From the NCBI GenBank assembly GCA_013265495.1, contig MU057947.1:1511070-1575069 (forward strand): 64,000 nt of DNA. The letters run 5' to 3'. Made by a program: the position numbers and the translations under genes. The notes below the pieces were generated by a model. That model ran no database searches and had not been told where the DNA came from. It saw only the letters and a program-made list of their open reading frames with translations. This document shows positions 50,690 to 61,986 of the stretch, one piece after another; the stretch's first letter is position 1, and the number at the start of each line of letters is the position of its first letter. The DNA comes from Vicugna vicugna (Eukaryota).

Positions 50690-51090
50690 AGCCTCTCCCC
50701 TTCTCCCCCGCCCCCACCTCTGGTGACCCCCTTTCTCAGCTCTGAATCTGTGAGTTCCGCTCTCTTTTTAGGTTCTGCGTAGCTCACACGGTGTTTGTCT
50801 GTCTCTGTCTGGCTAATGTCACTCAGCAGTGTCCCCGGGGCTCACTGTGCTGCGGGCACGGCCGGTGACACTCCGCTGTGTGTGTATGCCATGTGGCCTT
50901 CACCCAGTCCCCAGTCCACGACACCGGACCCTTGTCCTGGCTTCTGTGAATAACGAAGCGGCGAACGTGGGCTGCCTCTTTCAGGCCCTGGTTTCACCTC
51001 CTCGGGATTCGCGTCCAGAAGCGGGGCTGCTGAGTGATGCCGCAGCTCTTTTTCCAATTTTCTGAGGGGCCTCCATTCTGAGCTCCCCAC
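50690..51090 (-). mobile_element. L1MA-type 3' end, strongly GC-shifted
   Basis: 'cggtgtttgtctgtctctgtctggctaatgtcactcagca', 'cctggcttctgtgaataacgaagcggcgaacgtggg', 'ccagaagcggggctgctg...ttttctgaggggcctccatt'. Confidence 0.75.
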
Positions 51091-54009
51091 TGCCTTCCCA
51101 GACCGCCTGCTTCCTGAGGTCCCTCGTGCACGCCATGACTCAGGTGGGCCCCCTCACCCCCGGGCAGACTGCCGAACACAGGATGTCAGGACCCGACCCA
51201 GGGTTTGTAATCACGGCAGCGCTTTACGAAACGGTGACCCCCGGCAGCCCGCCCCTGAACTTCCAGTGTGGCTGGTCAGAGGCTCTCTGCTGTGACGGCT
51301 CCCAGGTGCTTCTAAGTTCCGGCAGAGCTGAGACCCGGTGCCGCCCTGCCCACCAGTCCTGCTCCCGACCCCAGCACAGAACTTCTGGCACACAAGCTTG
51401 ACCACTGCCATCAGCGCCCCTGTGCCCATCTGCGGGGACCCGTGGGCTGCTGCCCTTTTGTCTTCTGTGGGAGACACAAACTCTAGGTCATACCCAGTGG
51501 CAAAGGACGCCCTGTCTTAGAGATTCACATTTCCTGAAGAGCCACAGCGTCGAGCGCTTCCTGCTGCAGACGTGCCTCCTTCAGCTGAAACTGCCGAGGC
51601 GGAGCGGGCTGTGCTGAGCTGATGAAGTCTTTGAAGTCCCTGGTTTCTGGCTGCCTGCAGGGGTCCCTCTGCATGACTCCACAGCCCCTCCTGGGCTCCT
51701 GGACCTGGAGGCTCAGAGCTGCTGGAGGCGTGTGTGTGGACGGACGGCGGGGGTGGGGGGGATCTTTCTCGTCCTTGCTCTCAGTGGCAGGTTCCAGCAC
51801 ACAGAAGCCCCCCAGAGGCATAGGGGGGGCTGGGCGCTGTGGGAGGAGGCCCCGTTATCCCTGGAGGGCTCTGGTCTGCGTGGCCCTGGAGGGCCCCACG
51901 CCTGGCACGAGGCTGCTGCTTGTGTTCAGACCACAAAGCCGCTCCCTTCCTGGCTCTATGAGAAGAAGAAAAATGGGAACACAAACATGCTTGTTTTCAC
52001 TTATTAGACACAAGACAGACATAGGCAGGGGCGGAATTCTGGCGGAGCATTTGGTGGGAATACGATTCCACCTGCTGAGCTGTTGGAGTCCAGGAGATTG
52101 ATGGTGATGGCGCCTCCGCTCTCTCACGAAGGCCTCCGACAGCTCTGGGGCGGCCGGGCCACAGCGCAGCCATCTGCATCCCAGCTTTGCACCAAAATAT
52201 AATCTGGGCTCACAGGCACGTTCAGGGCAGCGTATGGAACTGCAAATCTTTTCAGCAGTCCTGTCTGTGGTTGGCACCTGCCCCAGCCTCGCCGTGGCCG
52301 ACAACGCCGCGGGCGCCTCCCGCAGGAAGGCCGCTCCGGCTGCCCCCACGGCGAGCCTCTCCTCCTAGGACGCCTGGGTGTCTCCCGGGCCCGCCCGCTG
52401 CCCGAGTGGAGCCTGCCAAGCCTGGGGAGCGCGCGTCGGCGGCCCTGGGGAGAGGCTTGAGTGGAGTGTCAGCTGCGAATCACAGCCCCTCCTTCTTGCT
52501 GGCTTTTCCGGTCACAGAAACAACGTGGGTGTGAACTTCAGTTTATGTCACCCGGGAAGTGGCGTGATAGCGTTTCCTCAGAGTCACCCTCTCGGCTCTG
52601 AGAATGGCTCTCCAGCTTGTCTCTGTACAGCCGGGCTCTGGCTTTGAGGACAAGAGAAAGACAACAAGCCTCTGTCCTGACGGAAGCCCCTGGATCCCCT
52701 GCGAGCCTCCAGGCTTCTAAAGGGATTCTGTGTGTCCCTCATTCCTCCTGAGTCGCTCTGTGCTGGGGACTTTGTAAAAGGTCCCTTTGTTAATGTATTT
52801 CCCCCCAGTCCTCTGGCCAGACCCATTCTCTGCCAGTGTAACAGGTAAATCCAGGCAGATTGGTCATCTGCACCCATGAAATAAGAACCTGCTCTGAGAA
52901 AGACTGTTTCGTTTGCATGAATCAATATGTTATTTAGCTATGAAGTTGAATTGCTGTGCCTTGACTTGAGGAGCTGACATAGGTGGTTTCTGTGCGCTGG
53001 CAATGGAACGCAAAGCAGCACGTCCACATCCAAAGTTGTGGTGATAAATGAAGAGAGCAAAATTAATCCAACATGCGTGGCCGCGAGGCGTCTGTTTCGT
53101 GTCGCCAGCCGCGAGGAGAGAAATCAGATTTACGTTCCAGAGAAAAATCGCAGAGCCCCCCGCAGGCCTCAAAGGCGCCGTGTCCTGCTCTCAGGTACTC
53201 GGGGGCAAGCCGCCTTCCTGGGGGCCCTGCCTCCCAGAGCGCCGGCCGCCCCCAGCGCCGGGCTGGCTCAGGGCGGGGTGGCAGCGACAGCCTCTCCCGG
53301 CCTGCACCCACCCCCTTTATCCAAATGCGTGTTCACAAGGTGCTGTGTGAATCTGGCAAATTAACTGCACCCTGCAAACCATTCTGTTCCAGCTGACAGC
53401 GGGGAGGTCCGGGGCTGGAGGCGGGAGTTACGGCTCCAAATGCACACGGCTCTCCGTGACCCTAGCTGGCTCTCTCAGCGGCAGGGAGAGCAGACACGGC
53501 GTGTTGGAAAGGGGAAACTGAGGCTGGGATGCGGTCAGAGATTTGCTCCAGAGCTCAGAGCGACAGAGCTGGGACCCACCCCTGCACCACGTTCGCCCGC
53601 ATGGAGCAGACCGTGCCTGCGGTGAGGATTTGAACTGGACTGCACCTCTCCCAGGGGTGGGCACTGTTTTGTTCATTTTGGAACGCTCGGCCCTGACATG
53701 GGGGGATGTGCAACATGCCGCGCAAATATCCATCTTGGGTCGCTCAGACCTGTTAAAAGTTCTTTTGGTTTGCACGGTTTTGTGCTCTTTCGGCACACTG
53801 GATGTCACTGAGCTGTTTGCCCCCAGAGGAGCAGAAAGTGTGGTCCTCTTAGGAAGGGACCCCTTCCCGCCTTCCTGGTGCAAAGGGCCCCCTGGCTGAT
53901 GAACACTTGAAACGGTGCTCACACCCAGGAAGCCAGTGCCGGGGCGGAGGGGAGCGTCTCCACAGGACTCCTGTCCATCGCGGGGCGGGGACAGGCATTA
54001 ATTAGTGTA

Positions 54010-54400
54010 ATTAATTTGGGAAACAGTTTGACATTATCTCCGAAAGTCACGTATTCATACGTCCTCTTCCACAGATGTTTTGCTCCCAGATAAACACCCA
54101 GGGGAAGTCCTGGCCTGGGACGCCTGGAGACGCACGTCCGTGTGTCCTTAGCAGCACTGTTGACAGTAGCAAACCCTGGAAATAAGCCAGGTGCCCGACA
54201 GCCTAAGGGGACGGACGAGCTGTGGAGCAGGCATTCAGCAGTGCTTCCAGCAATCCAGGTGAGTGAATGCAGACGCAGCCCCGGGCAGCTTGGCCTTAGC
54301 AATACAACGCCAATGAGCAACTAAATCCCCAAAGCCACATGCTGGGAAGTAGTATTCTTATAAAGGGACGGGTAATGGAGAAATGGGATTTTAAGAAAAA
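54010..54400 (+). mobile_element. Ancient L1 (L1ME-like) ORF2 C-terminal/3' UTR fragment
   Basis: 'tttgggaaacagtttgacattatct', 'gcagcactgttgacagtagcaaaccctggaaataagccaggtgccc'. Confidence 0.6.
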
Positions 54401-54603
54401 ATAAATTGGGAAAGAAAGGAACAGCGAACCAGGGGCTGAGGGCGTTTACGCTGGGTGGACAGAGGTGGGGGAGGCGGGGTCACCAAAGGTTAGAGGTACT
54501 TTCTTCTTTTTTCTTTTGTCTTTTTTTGGGGCAAGATCTTAATTTTTGTGGGTAGTGGGTTTACAGGTGCTTATAGTATCATAAAAATAACTAAATAAGA
54601 GGT

Positions 54604-54810
54604 TACAGATACTCTATATAAAATAGATAAACAACAAGGACCTACTGTACAGCACAGGGAACTTTGTTCAATTTCTTGTAATAACATAAAATGGAAAAGA
54701 ATCTGAAAAAAGTGTGTGTCTGTATACACATAACTGAATCGCTTTGCTGTACACCTGAAACTAACATCGTAAGTCAACCACACACCAATAAAGAATAAAA
54801 TCTAAAAAGC
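54604..54810 (+). mobile_element. L1 3' terminal fragment (Artiodactyla-type)
   Basis: 'tatataaaatagataaacaacaaggacctactgtacagcacagggaact...ataactgaatcgctttgctgtacacctgaaactaac...aataaagaataaaa'. Confidence 0.9.
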
Positions 54811-55189
54811 CCCCAAAACCTAGATAAAAATATAACTCGAGAAAGAGCTGTGTGTTCTGATAAACTGACCTCACAGGGCCCTGCTATGTGCAAGGCGGCA
54901 TTTTTAAAAATAACGTAGTTAATACCACAACTTTCTTATAAGGATACACTCTCAGTGTCAGCAGGGAACACGGGCAGCTTCTAGACCCCAGGCTCAGGCT
55001 CAGGCGCGTGCCTGTGCCGCCCGTGAGGAGGGCTGTGATCCCAGGACAGCGGGGGGCGGGCGATAAAGCAGAAGGGGGGGCTCCCACGGTGCGGCCCAGC
55101 CAGGGAGAAAACACAGCTGGTCTTTGCTCATGGGTGCGATTTGGGTGATTCCAACCACACAGGAGGACAGACAGACCTGGGGAGGCAGT

Positions 55190-55498
55190 GTCTTCTTCAG
55201 CTACCTGTCCAGGAGCGGGACTGCTGGATCACATGGTGAGTCTATTTTCAGTTTTTTGAGGAACCTCCATACTGTCCTCACGGTGGCTACGTTACGTCCC
55301 CACCAGCAGCGCAGGAGGACTGCTTTCTCTCCACACCCTCTCCAGCATTTGTTCTTTGTAGACTTTTTACTGATGGCCATTCTGATCGATGTGTTTTGAT
55401 TTGCATTTTCTCTAATAATTAGTGATATTGAGCATCTTTTCATAGGAGTGTTGGCCATCTGACTGTCTTCTTTGCAGAAATGTCTATTTAAGTCTTCC
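55190..55498 (-). mobile_element. L1 ORF2 C-terminal fragment
   Basis: ORF 55201-55458 [12 protein letters not shown]...[14 protein letters not shown]...[22 protein letters not shown] is the L1 ORF2 cysteine-rich region. Confidence 0.92.
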
Positions 55499-55511
55499 GG
55501 GGAGTCAGTAT

Positions 55512-55640
55512 CTTAACACAGGTACAGAGAAGCTAGTTAACTTTCCTAAGGCCACACAGCCAGAAAGTGGCAGAGCCAGGATTTGAACCCAGGCTGTCTG
55601 GCTCAAGAAAATGTGGCCTTACCCACTGTGTTGCTCTGCC
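55512..55640 (-). mobile_element. MIR SINE core
   Basis: 'gttaactttcctaaggccacacagccagaaagtggcagagccaggatttgaacccaggctgtctggctc'. Confidence 0.85.
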
Positions 55641-56577
55641 TCGGGGCAAGGTGGGATCTTCGTTCCCAGCAGTCGCTGACTCCACCGGGGGAGGCTAATA
55701 GCGGGGCCAGTGTGGTATAATGGCCCGACTCCTGAGATATGATAGAGTGTCTGTCTGTCAGTGTAATTTTTTGGTTTTCTTTGCTTTGCTGTTTTCCCAG
55801 CACTTCATACACATCTTCATCATCACAAAATGGTACTGCAATGACCAGTTACGTCCGTTTTCCCTAATCATACATGCCCAGGCTCCGTGGCGCCATGCTG
55901 TGTGCGCAGTGGGATGGACACAGGGCACTAACAAAGGTACACCCACGTACCTGGACGAGCCCCGGGACGCCGTCCGCAGCAGCAGAGAGCAGACTGCAGG
56001 CTTGGTTCCTGGAGGCGCACCATCCGGCTGCACGAGGGGGGCTTCTGGGGCTCTGTGACGTTGGGTGAACAAGGACAGTCGCTCACTGGAGCTTCTGTCT
56101 CTGCGATACTGCAGACTGGCAACTCACAGCACCCCGCCCTTCACTGTGACTACACACGTTGGAAAAAATATAAATAAAGACACCTTTCTGTGCACATCGC
56201 TGAGTTGGCAGAGGGGTCAAGACAGTCCTCAGAGGCCAACACCGGGGGAAGCGGGGCTTCAGGGAAGTAAGCCAGCAGCTGCAGTGTCCGCCTGTCCTGG
56301 TGACCTTGACACAGGGGGCAGCAGATGAAGCCCAGGGCCCAGCCCCAGGGCAGGTTTGACAGGTCCTTGCCTCAGAAAGCCAGGAGTTCTCACTGAAAGG
56401 ACTGGTTTGGAAAAAGTAGCCCCTTAAGGAAGGAACGCGGGGACCCAAGTGGGAGGTGGGCTTCCCCCCAAGAAGCTTCGCCGCGGCCCGTGTGTAAGCT
56501 GCTGGCCAGAATTTACACCATGTGGGTGGCCCAGGAAATTCCAGCTTGAGCATTTACTTAGAAGTAGTTGCAGGTTA

Positions 56578-56788
56578 TTGAGTATATGTAGTAGGACCTT
56601 GTTGTTTATCTGTTTTATATTCGGTAGTTTGTATCCGCAAATCCCAAGCTCCCAATTTATCCCTCCCCGTCCCCCTAAATAGCCATAATGAAAAAGAATA
56701 AAAAAAGGAATATATATGTAGCTGAGTTACTATGCTGCACACCAGAAACCAGCACAACACTGTAAATCAACTAGACTTCAACTGAAAA
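56578..56788 (+). mobile_element. Mini 5'-inverted (twin-primed) L1 3' end with TSD
   Basis: 56578-~56676 is antisense 3' UTR and ~56677-56788 is sense terminal 3' UTR plus a short A tail. Flanked by aagtagttgcaggtta (56562-56577) and aagtggttgcaggtta (56789-56804). Confidence 0.9.
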
Positions 56789-56894
56789 AAGTGGTTGCAG
56801 GTTAGTGGTGTTTCCAAGTGCCTGTCTGAAGTCGTCACCTTCCACTCAGGCCTCTGAGAATTCCCCCAGGTAGGGCTCAAGCAAACACACGCTC

Positions 56895-57990
56895 TGAATA
56901 AAAAAATAAGCATTACAAACCTCATGAGGAAACAAGACGTCAGGCGTCAGAGCTAACATACACAAAAGACAAAGCTGGCAGATAGTGAGGTCGCTGAAAA
57001 CAGAACGTAAAACTTAACATACTTTGTATGTTTAAAGTCATAGAAATAAAGGGGGTGTTGAATATACAAATAGGGAATTTAAAAAGATTAAAAACGATTA
57101 GGCAGATCTGAAAACTAATGAAATAAAACTTCGACTTCAAGGGATTTAAAAAATACTAAATATTAAAAACTCTGCCAATGAATCAGACAAAATGGAAACA
57201 ATGGAAGAGAAAATTTAGTGAACTAGAAGACAGGTCTAAGAAGTTACACAGAACCGGCACAGGAGACGAAGAATTGGAGAGGGCAGGAAGGGGCACAGGA
57301 ACTCAGAGGTGGAGGCAGGCGGTCTGACGTGTGTGTCGTCGGAGTCCGGAAGGAAATTGTAGCCAACATCGTCGAAGAGTAATCAGATGATAACTAATAG
57401 GTTTCCAAATTATTATGAAATCCGGGGACTCAAGTGTTTTCAAAACAGGCTAACAAAAAATATTAAAATTATATATATAAATACACTGTATAATATGTAA
57501 GATATATAATATATAATGTATATAATTTTAATATTTTAGTTGTATAATATATGTATGTATATATATACACACATATTTTTTATAAATATATATATATGTG
57601 TGTGTGTGTGTGTATATCTCCCCATCAAGATGAAGTCTCAGCTTAGTGGAACCACAGCACACTAATTAGACATAGAAGCTTAAACGCAGCCGAAGAGAAA
57701 CACTATAAAGGAAGGGCAGCAGGGCTGACGGCGGGTTTCAGCAGAGCAAAGATGGAACCCAGAAGGCAGTGGGAAATAGCTTCAAAGGGTTAAGGACAAA
57801 GACAAAAGCAAAGAAACAACTATCATTTAACAATTACCAACATAGCAAATCCGTTCCTTTTACGAGCTGCTTTGAGACAGCATTTTCAGGAAAACGAAAC
57901 GAGGAGAATCGACCGCCCTCGGCCGCGCTCCGGGCAACTGCGGGCGCCGCGCTGAGGGCAAGGGCCGGGCTCTCAGGAGGAAGGTCCGTG
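56895..57990 (+). mobile_element. Ancient L1 ORF1 fragment interrupted by a microsatellite
   Basis: 'gaagagaaaatttagtgaactagaagacaggtc', 'ggtctgacgtgtgtgtcgtcggagtccggaagg', 'agcagccgaagagaaa...tataaagga...ctgacggcgggtttcagcagagcaaagatggaacccagaaggcagtggga'. Confidence 0.7.
57469..57617. repeat. Degenerate (TA)n/(TG)n microsatellite
   Basis: AT-rich tatata arrays ending in (tg)n, seen directly. Confidence 0.85.
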
Positions 57991-59444
57991 GGGCAGACGA
58001 GACCGGTGAGCGGGGCAAGGTCTAAATGAAGAAGGACCGGGTGAGAACGCTGCTGCGCGGCTTCTGGTGGTAAAGCAGAGCTGGTGGTGCACAGCACAGC
58101 CATAAACTGGGAGCCGGGGTCAGAGTTCAAGTGCTTTAGAGACTTCGCGTTGTTTGAGCCGATGATAAAACTATCGATTATTTAGTCTGTTCTGTCTGCC
58201 GTGGAATTCTCCCAGATAACCGTGCAAGGGCAGCAGCGGGGCATCGGTGAGGTCGTGGGGCGAGTGCCTCGGCCTCTGGGAAACGCGCGGTGGTGTGGGA
58301 CCCAGAAAGGATGGCTGTGCACACGGGGGAGCCCTGCAGAACAGAGACCCCAGATGAGACCGGACTCTCCATCTTTAATTTAAGCTGTGGGTGGAGAGCC
58401 TCGGCAGTGACCTTCCAGAGGGTCTGTTGCAGGGGGTTGGGGGGACCCAGGGGCTGCAGAGTGCCCCCGGGGGAGCTGAGCCCCTGTGCGCAGACCCTTA
58501 GAGCTCAGGGAGCTCACACGAGTCCAGACACCCTTTCAGCATCTCTGAGGATGTAGCTGGAATTTCTTTTCTAAATAACGGTCCTGACTGCAGGTTATTC
58601 TGTAGTAAAATACAGTCCCTCAGCGGCCCTACAAAGGCGGGCTGGAGCTGTGCTCCCGCACCGGTGTCTGTCCAGCCCCAGCCCCATCTCACCTCTGTGT
58701 GGTTACTAACGTTACAGGGGATGGAGCACGTTTCACACTGTGAGAGTCTGGGAGCCTCAAGGACAACATCTCTCTCTTCTTCTGTTAGAATTGTCAGCAG
58801 TAAATAAGGGAAGAGCTTTGGCATAATGATAATCTCTCACGGACCATTGGTAGCGACTCTGAAAAGAACTTTCTCTTGGCTTTGTTTTTTATTCCTGTAA
58901 TTAGCGTTAGCCTTCTTTGTTATCTGGGGCCCTGAAGCAGTGCATCAGACCCTCAGGAGGACAGCATTCTGGGGAGAGCAAACCTCTTTCGTACTCAACC
59001 AGGAGCTGATCCTCTTTCTTTCTTTCCAGAATTAATTTCTCTCCCTAGAAATATTATTTACTTCTTCATACGTCAAGCTGTCAGTACAAGTGATTTAGAA
59101 ACTGGCGGGTTCAAGGAGGCTTAGCTTGGGGGAAAGAGAAATGGGATCTTGTGCTAGAGGGAGGTTTTTGAGTTTGAGTCGGGAAGCCCCACTGAGACTG
59201 CCGACCACTGTGGGCGGGTTTCCGGGAAGTGTCTCCTCTGCTCAGAAGTGGTGCTTCTGTCTGTGACCAGCGAGGTGCCGTCTACAGCAAGTCTGTGTCG
59301 CCGAGAACGCTCTTGTCCGTGAAACGAGGGCAGCGCTGATAACACCTTAGAAGGTCGATGCTGAGACCGGAGATGCTCGTGTGGGTGGATAAGTGGGTAA
59401 GTTTTAATCCAAGTGTCTGGTTTATTTTTTTAAGGATTTAAAGA

Positions 59445-59580
59445 ATTTTATTGGCGTGTAGTTGATTGACAGTGTTCGTTTCAGGTGCGCAGCAAAGAGA
59501 TTCAGCTACACACTTGCATGTATGTCTTCTTTTCAGACTCTTTGCCATTATGTGTTATTACAAGACATTGGATCTAGTTC
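59445..59580 (-). mobile_element. L1 3' terminal fragment (Artiodactyla-type)
   Basis: 'ttttattggcgtgtagttgattgacagtgttcgtttcaggtgcgcagcaaagagattcag...tattacaagacattggatctagttc' is the reverse-strand homologue of 54660-54790. Confidence 0.85.
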
Positions 59581-61625
59581 TGCTTTACTTTGTTTCGAAG
59601 ATTTTGAACAGGGTCAGTGCCTGCAGCCACCAGAGTTGGCCTGAGAAAGGCGACCAGGTAGCGGGGTGGGGGGAGCCAGGCAGAGGAGGACTGGGGGGCC
59701 CAGCGGGTGGTCAGGGTCAGAGACAAAGAACCCACCCCTCCCAGGGCCCAGGGCCCAGCAGGAGGCTGAAGCCGGCTTCCACGCCTGCCGAGGCCCGCCG
59801 TCCGAGGGCGCAGCGGGCTTGGCCCCAGGACTGAACCACCTCCCACGGCCCTTCGTTGCTTTTGGTGGATCAGAAACCAGGAGTCAGCAAACACCTGTGT
59901 GCTGGCTTCCTCTGTGACCCTCTTCACCACTTTCAAGGAAGCACCTAGGGGATGGCTTTACTGCGTCACCACAGGATGGGGACCCAGGCCCACGGCCAGA
60001 GGGCCAGGCTGGCTGCGGGGCGGGAGAGAGGAGTCAGAGCTGAGTGAAGAAGAGACTCGAGGTGACGAAACACTTGCAGAAGACCCCAGCCCCTGCCCGA
60101 CAGGTCCCATGAGAGCCTACTCTCTCCCAAGTCTGAAGACCCCAGCCTTCCTCCCGGAGCTCCCACCCTGTCGCCCTGAGTCCGGGGCCACTCGGGACAA
60201 GCACCACCCTGTCCTGCAGACACCCGGGTCTGCCCCGTTTTTCTGCCAGACTCACCCCCCCAGGCCCCTTGTCATTTCCATCAATCTTATGCCGTGGCTC
60301 CCAGTCCTTCTCAAGGGTTGCTCCAGATACACAGTGCCAAGAACTCGACGTGGTGCCTTGGCATGATCTTCCCTGCGAGGAGGGAAGCCCCCATCTGCAC
60401 CGGCCTCTGTCTGGAGTCTGCTGTCTGTGACAGCACTGCACTTGTGCCTGGTGGGGCAGAGGTCCTGGCGGGGGCGCAGCATCCAGAGCCCATCAGAGTT
60501 CACGGGGAGGAGGTTCGGGGCAGAATTACTTTGCTGGGAAGAGCTGGGCTTGCAGGCATTAGTAAGATCAGGAGACGAAGGGAGCCGGCAGCGAAGCCAG
60601 CCAGGTCTGAGGACCAAGAGCAACGTGGGCTTGGCAACAGAGCAGGGGCCCAAGGACTGAGACCAAAGTGAGACCCCACAGGGCACTGATGCCAGTTCCT
60701 GTCACCCGTATGAAATACCCCTGTGGGATGAGACCTAAAAGTAATCCACATTGCGTGCTGCCCTGACATCTGAAACTGGGGTGCCTTGAACAGCTAACTG
60801 CCAGTGTCCCCTCCCACCTCTGCTCCCACGGAACAAGGTCCCCTGGTCCAAACAGCCCTCCTTATCAAACAAATGGAAAGCAGTCCCTGCCTATCCCCGG
60901 GTGGTGAGTCTCAGGGCCCTGCCGGCCTCAAGAATTACTCAAGTACGCCAGTCACATCTCCCGCAGGAACAGGGCACCCCGTGCTCCTGCTATGACAAAG
61001 CGCCCTCCCGGGGCCCTGCTGGTTCACTCCGCTCCCCAGAGCAACCACCCAGGATGGCGTGTGGCAAGCCGTGTCCTCCGCCCCCGGCTGTGAGCACGTC
61101 GGGCGGATGAACAGCTGCTGATCTCACCTGCCTGGGGTCGGACGTGCGTCCGGTCGTCCCCAAAACCCAGGGGGTAAAAGCCTCTCTCAACAAAGGGGTG
61201 AAGAGGAAGCAGTGTAAACAGCCCCCCTGCAGCCCAGCCAGCACCCTCGACGGCAAGCCGGCCCCAGCCAGGGAGGACAGAAGCCTCTGAAACCTGACAC
61301 TTTGCAGAGTGACTGCTTGCCTACTCCTGCTCCGGCCCTCCATGTGGAGAACCAGGCACCCATGAGGTTTCCCGGCCCGGCACACCTGTCCCCTCGTCCT
61401 GGGGCCTGGGCTCTGTCACTCCCAGCCGGGCCCTCTGCCGCGGTAAACGAGCCACAGCTGCCGCGCCTCCAGCGTGGTCTCCCCTGCGCACCTCCGGCCT
61501 GAGACCGGGGCCCCTGCCCTGGCCCCGGCCCTGAGGCTGAGCCGGCCCTGCCCCAGGCTGCCCGCCCAGCGGGCTCTCTGTCTGGGGCATCCCCGCTCCT
61601 GGAATCACAGTTGTCAAGCTCGACC

Positions 61626-61986
61626 TGCTGTGATCTGAATGTGCCCCCGAGATTCTTGTGTTGAAACCCTAACCCCCAAAGGTGACGGTATTAGCAGGTG
61701 AGCCTTTGAGGGGTGCTTGAATCAGGAGTGTGGAGCCCCCATGCGAGGGATCGGGGCCGTTTTAAAAGAGGCCCCAGAGAGCTCCCGGCCCGTTCCTCCA
61801 GGCGAGGACACAGGGAGAAGGCCCCATCTGCAACCCATGCAGAAGGCCCGCGTCTGACATGCTGGTGCCTGCACCTCGGACTTCCCGCCCCTGAACTGTG
61901 AGAAACAAATTCACGCCCCGTGGCAGCCCCGCGGCAGCCCCGCGGCCCGAGGTCTGCTGCTGCAGCGGCCCCGGTGGCCTGAGACC
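61626..61986 (+). mobile_element. MaLR solo LTR (MLT1A-like)
   Basis: 'tgctgtgatctgaatgtgccccc...tgttgaaaccctaacccccaaaggtgacggtattag...aaaagaggccccagagagctccc...gaggacacagggagaagg...ctcggacttccc...aactgtgagaaacaaatt'. Confidence 0.88.
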
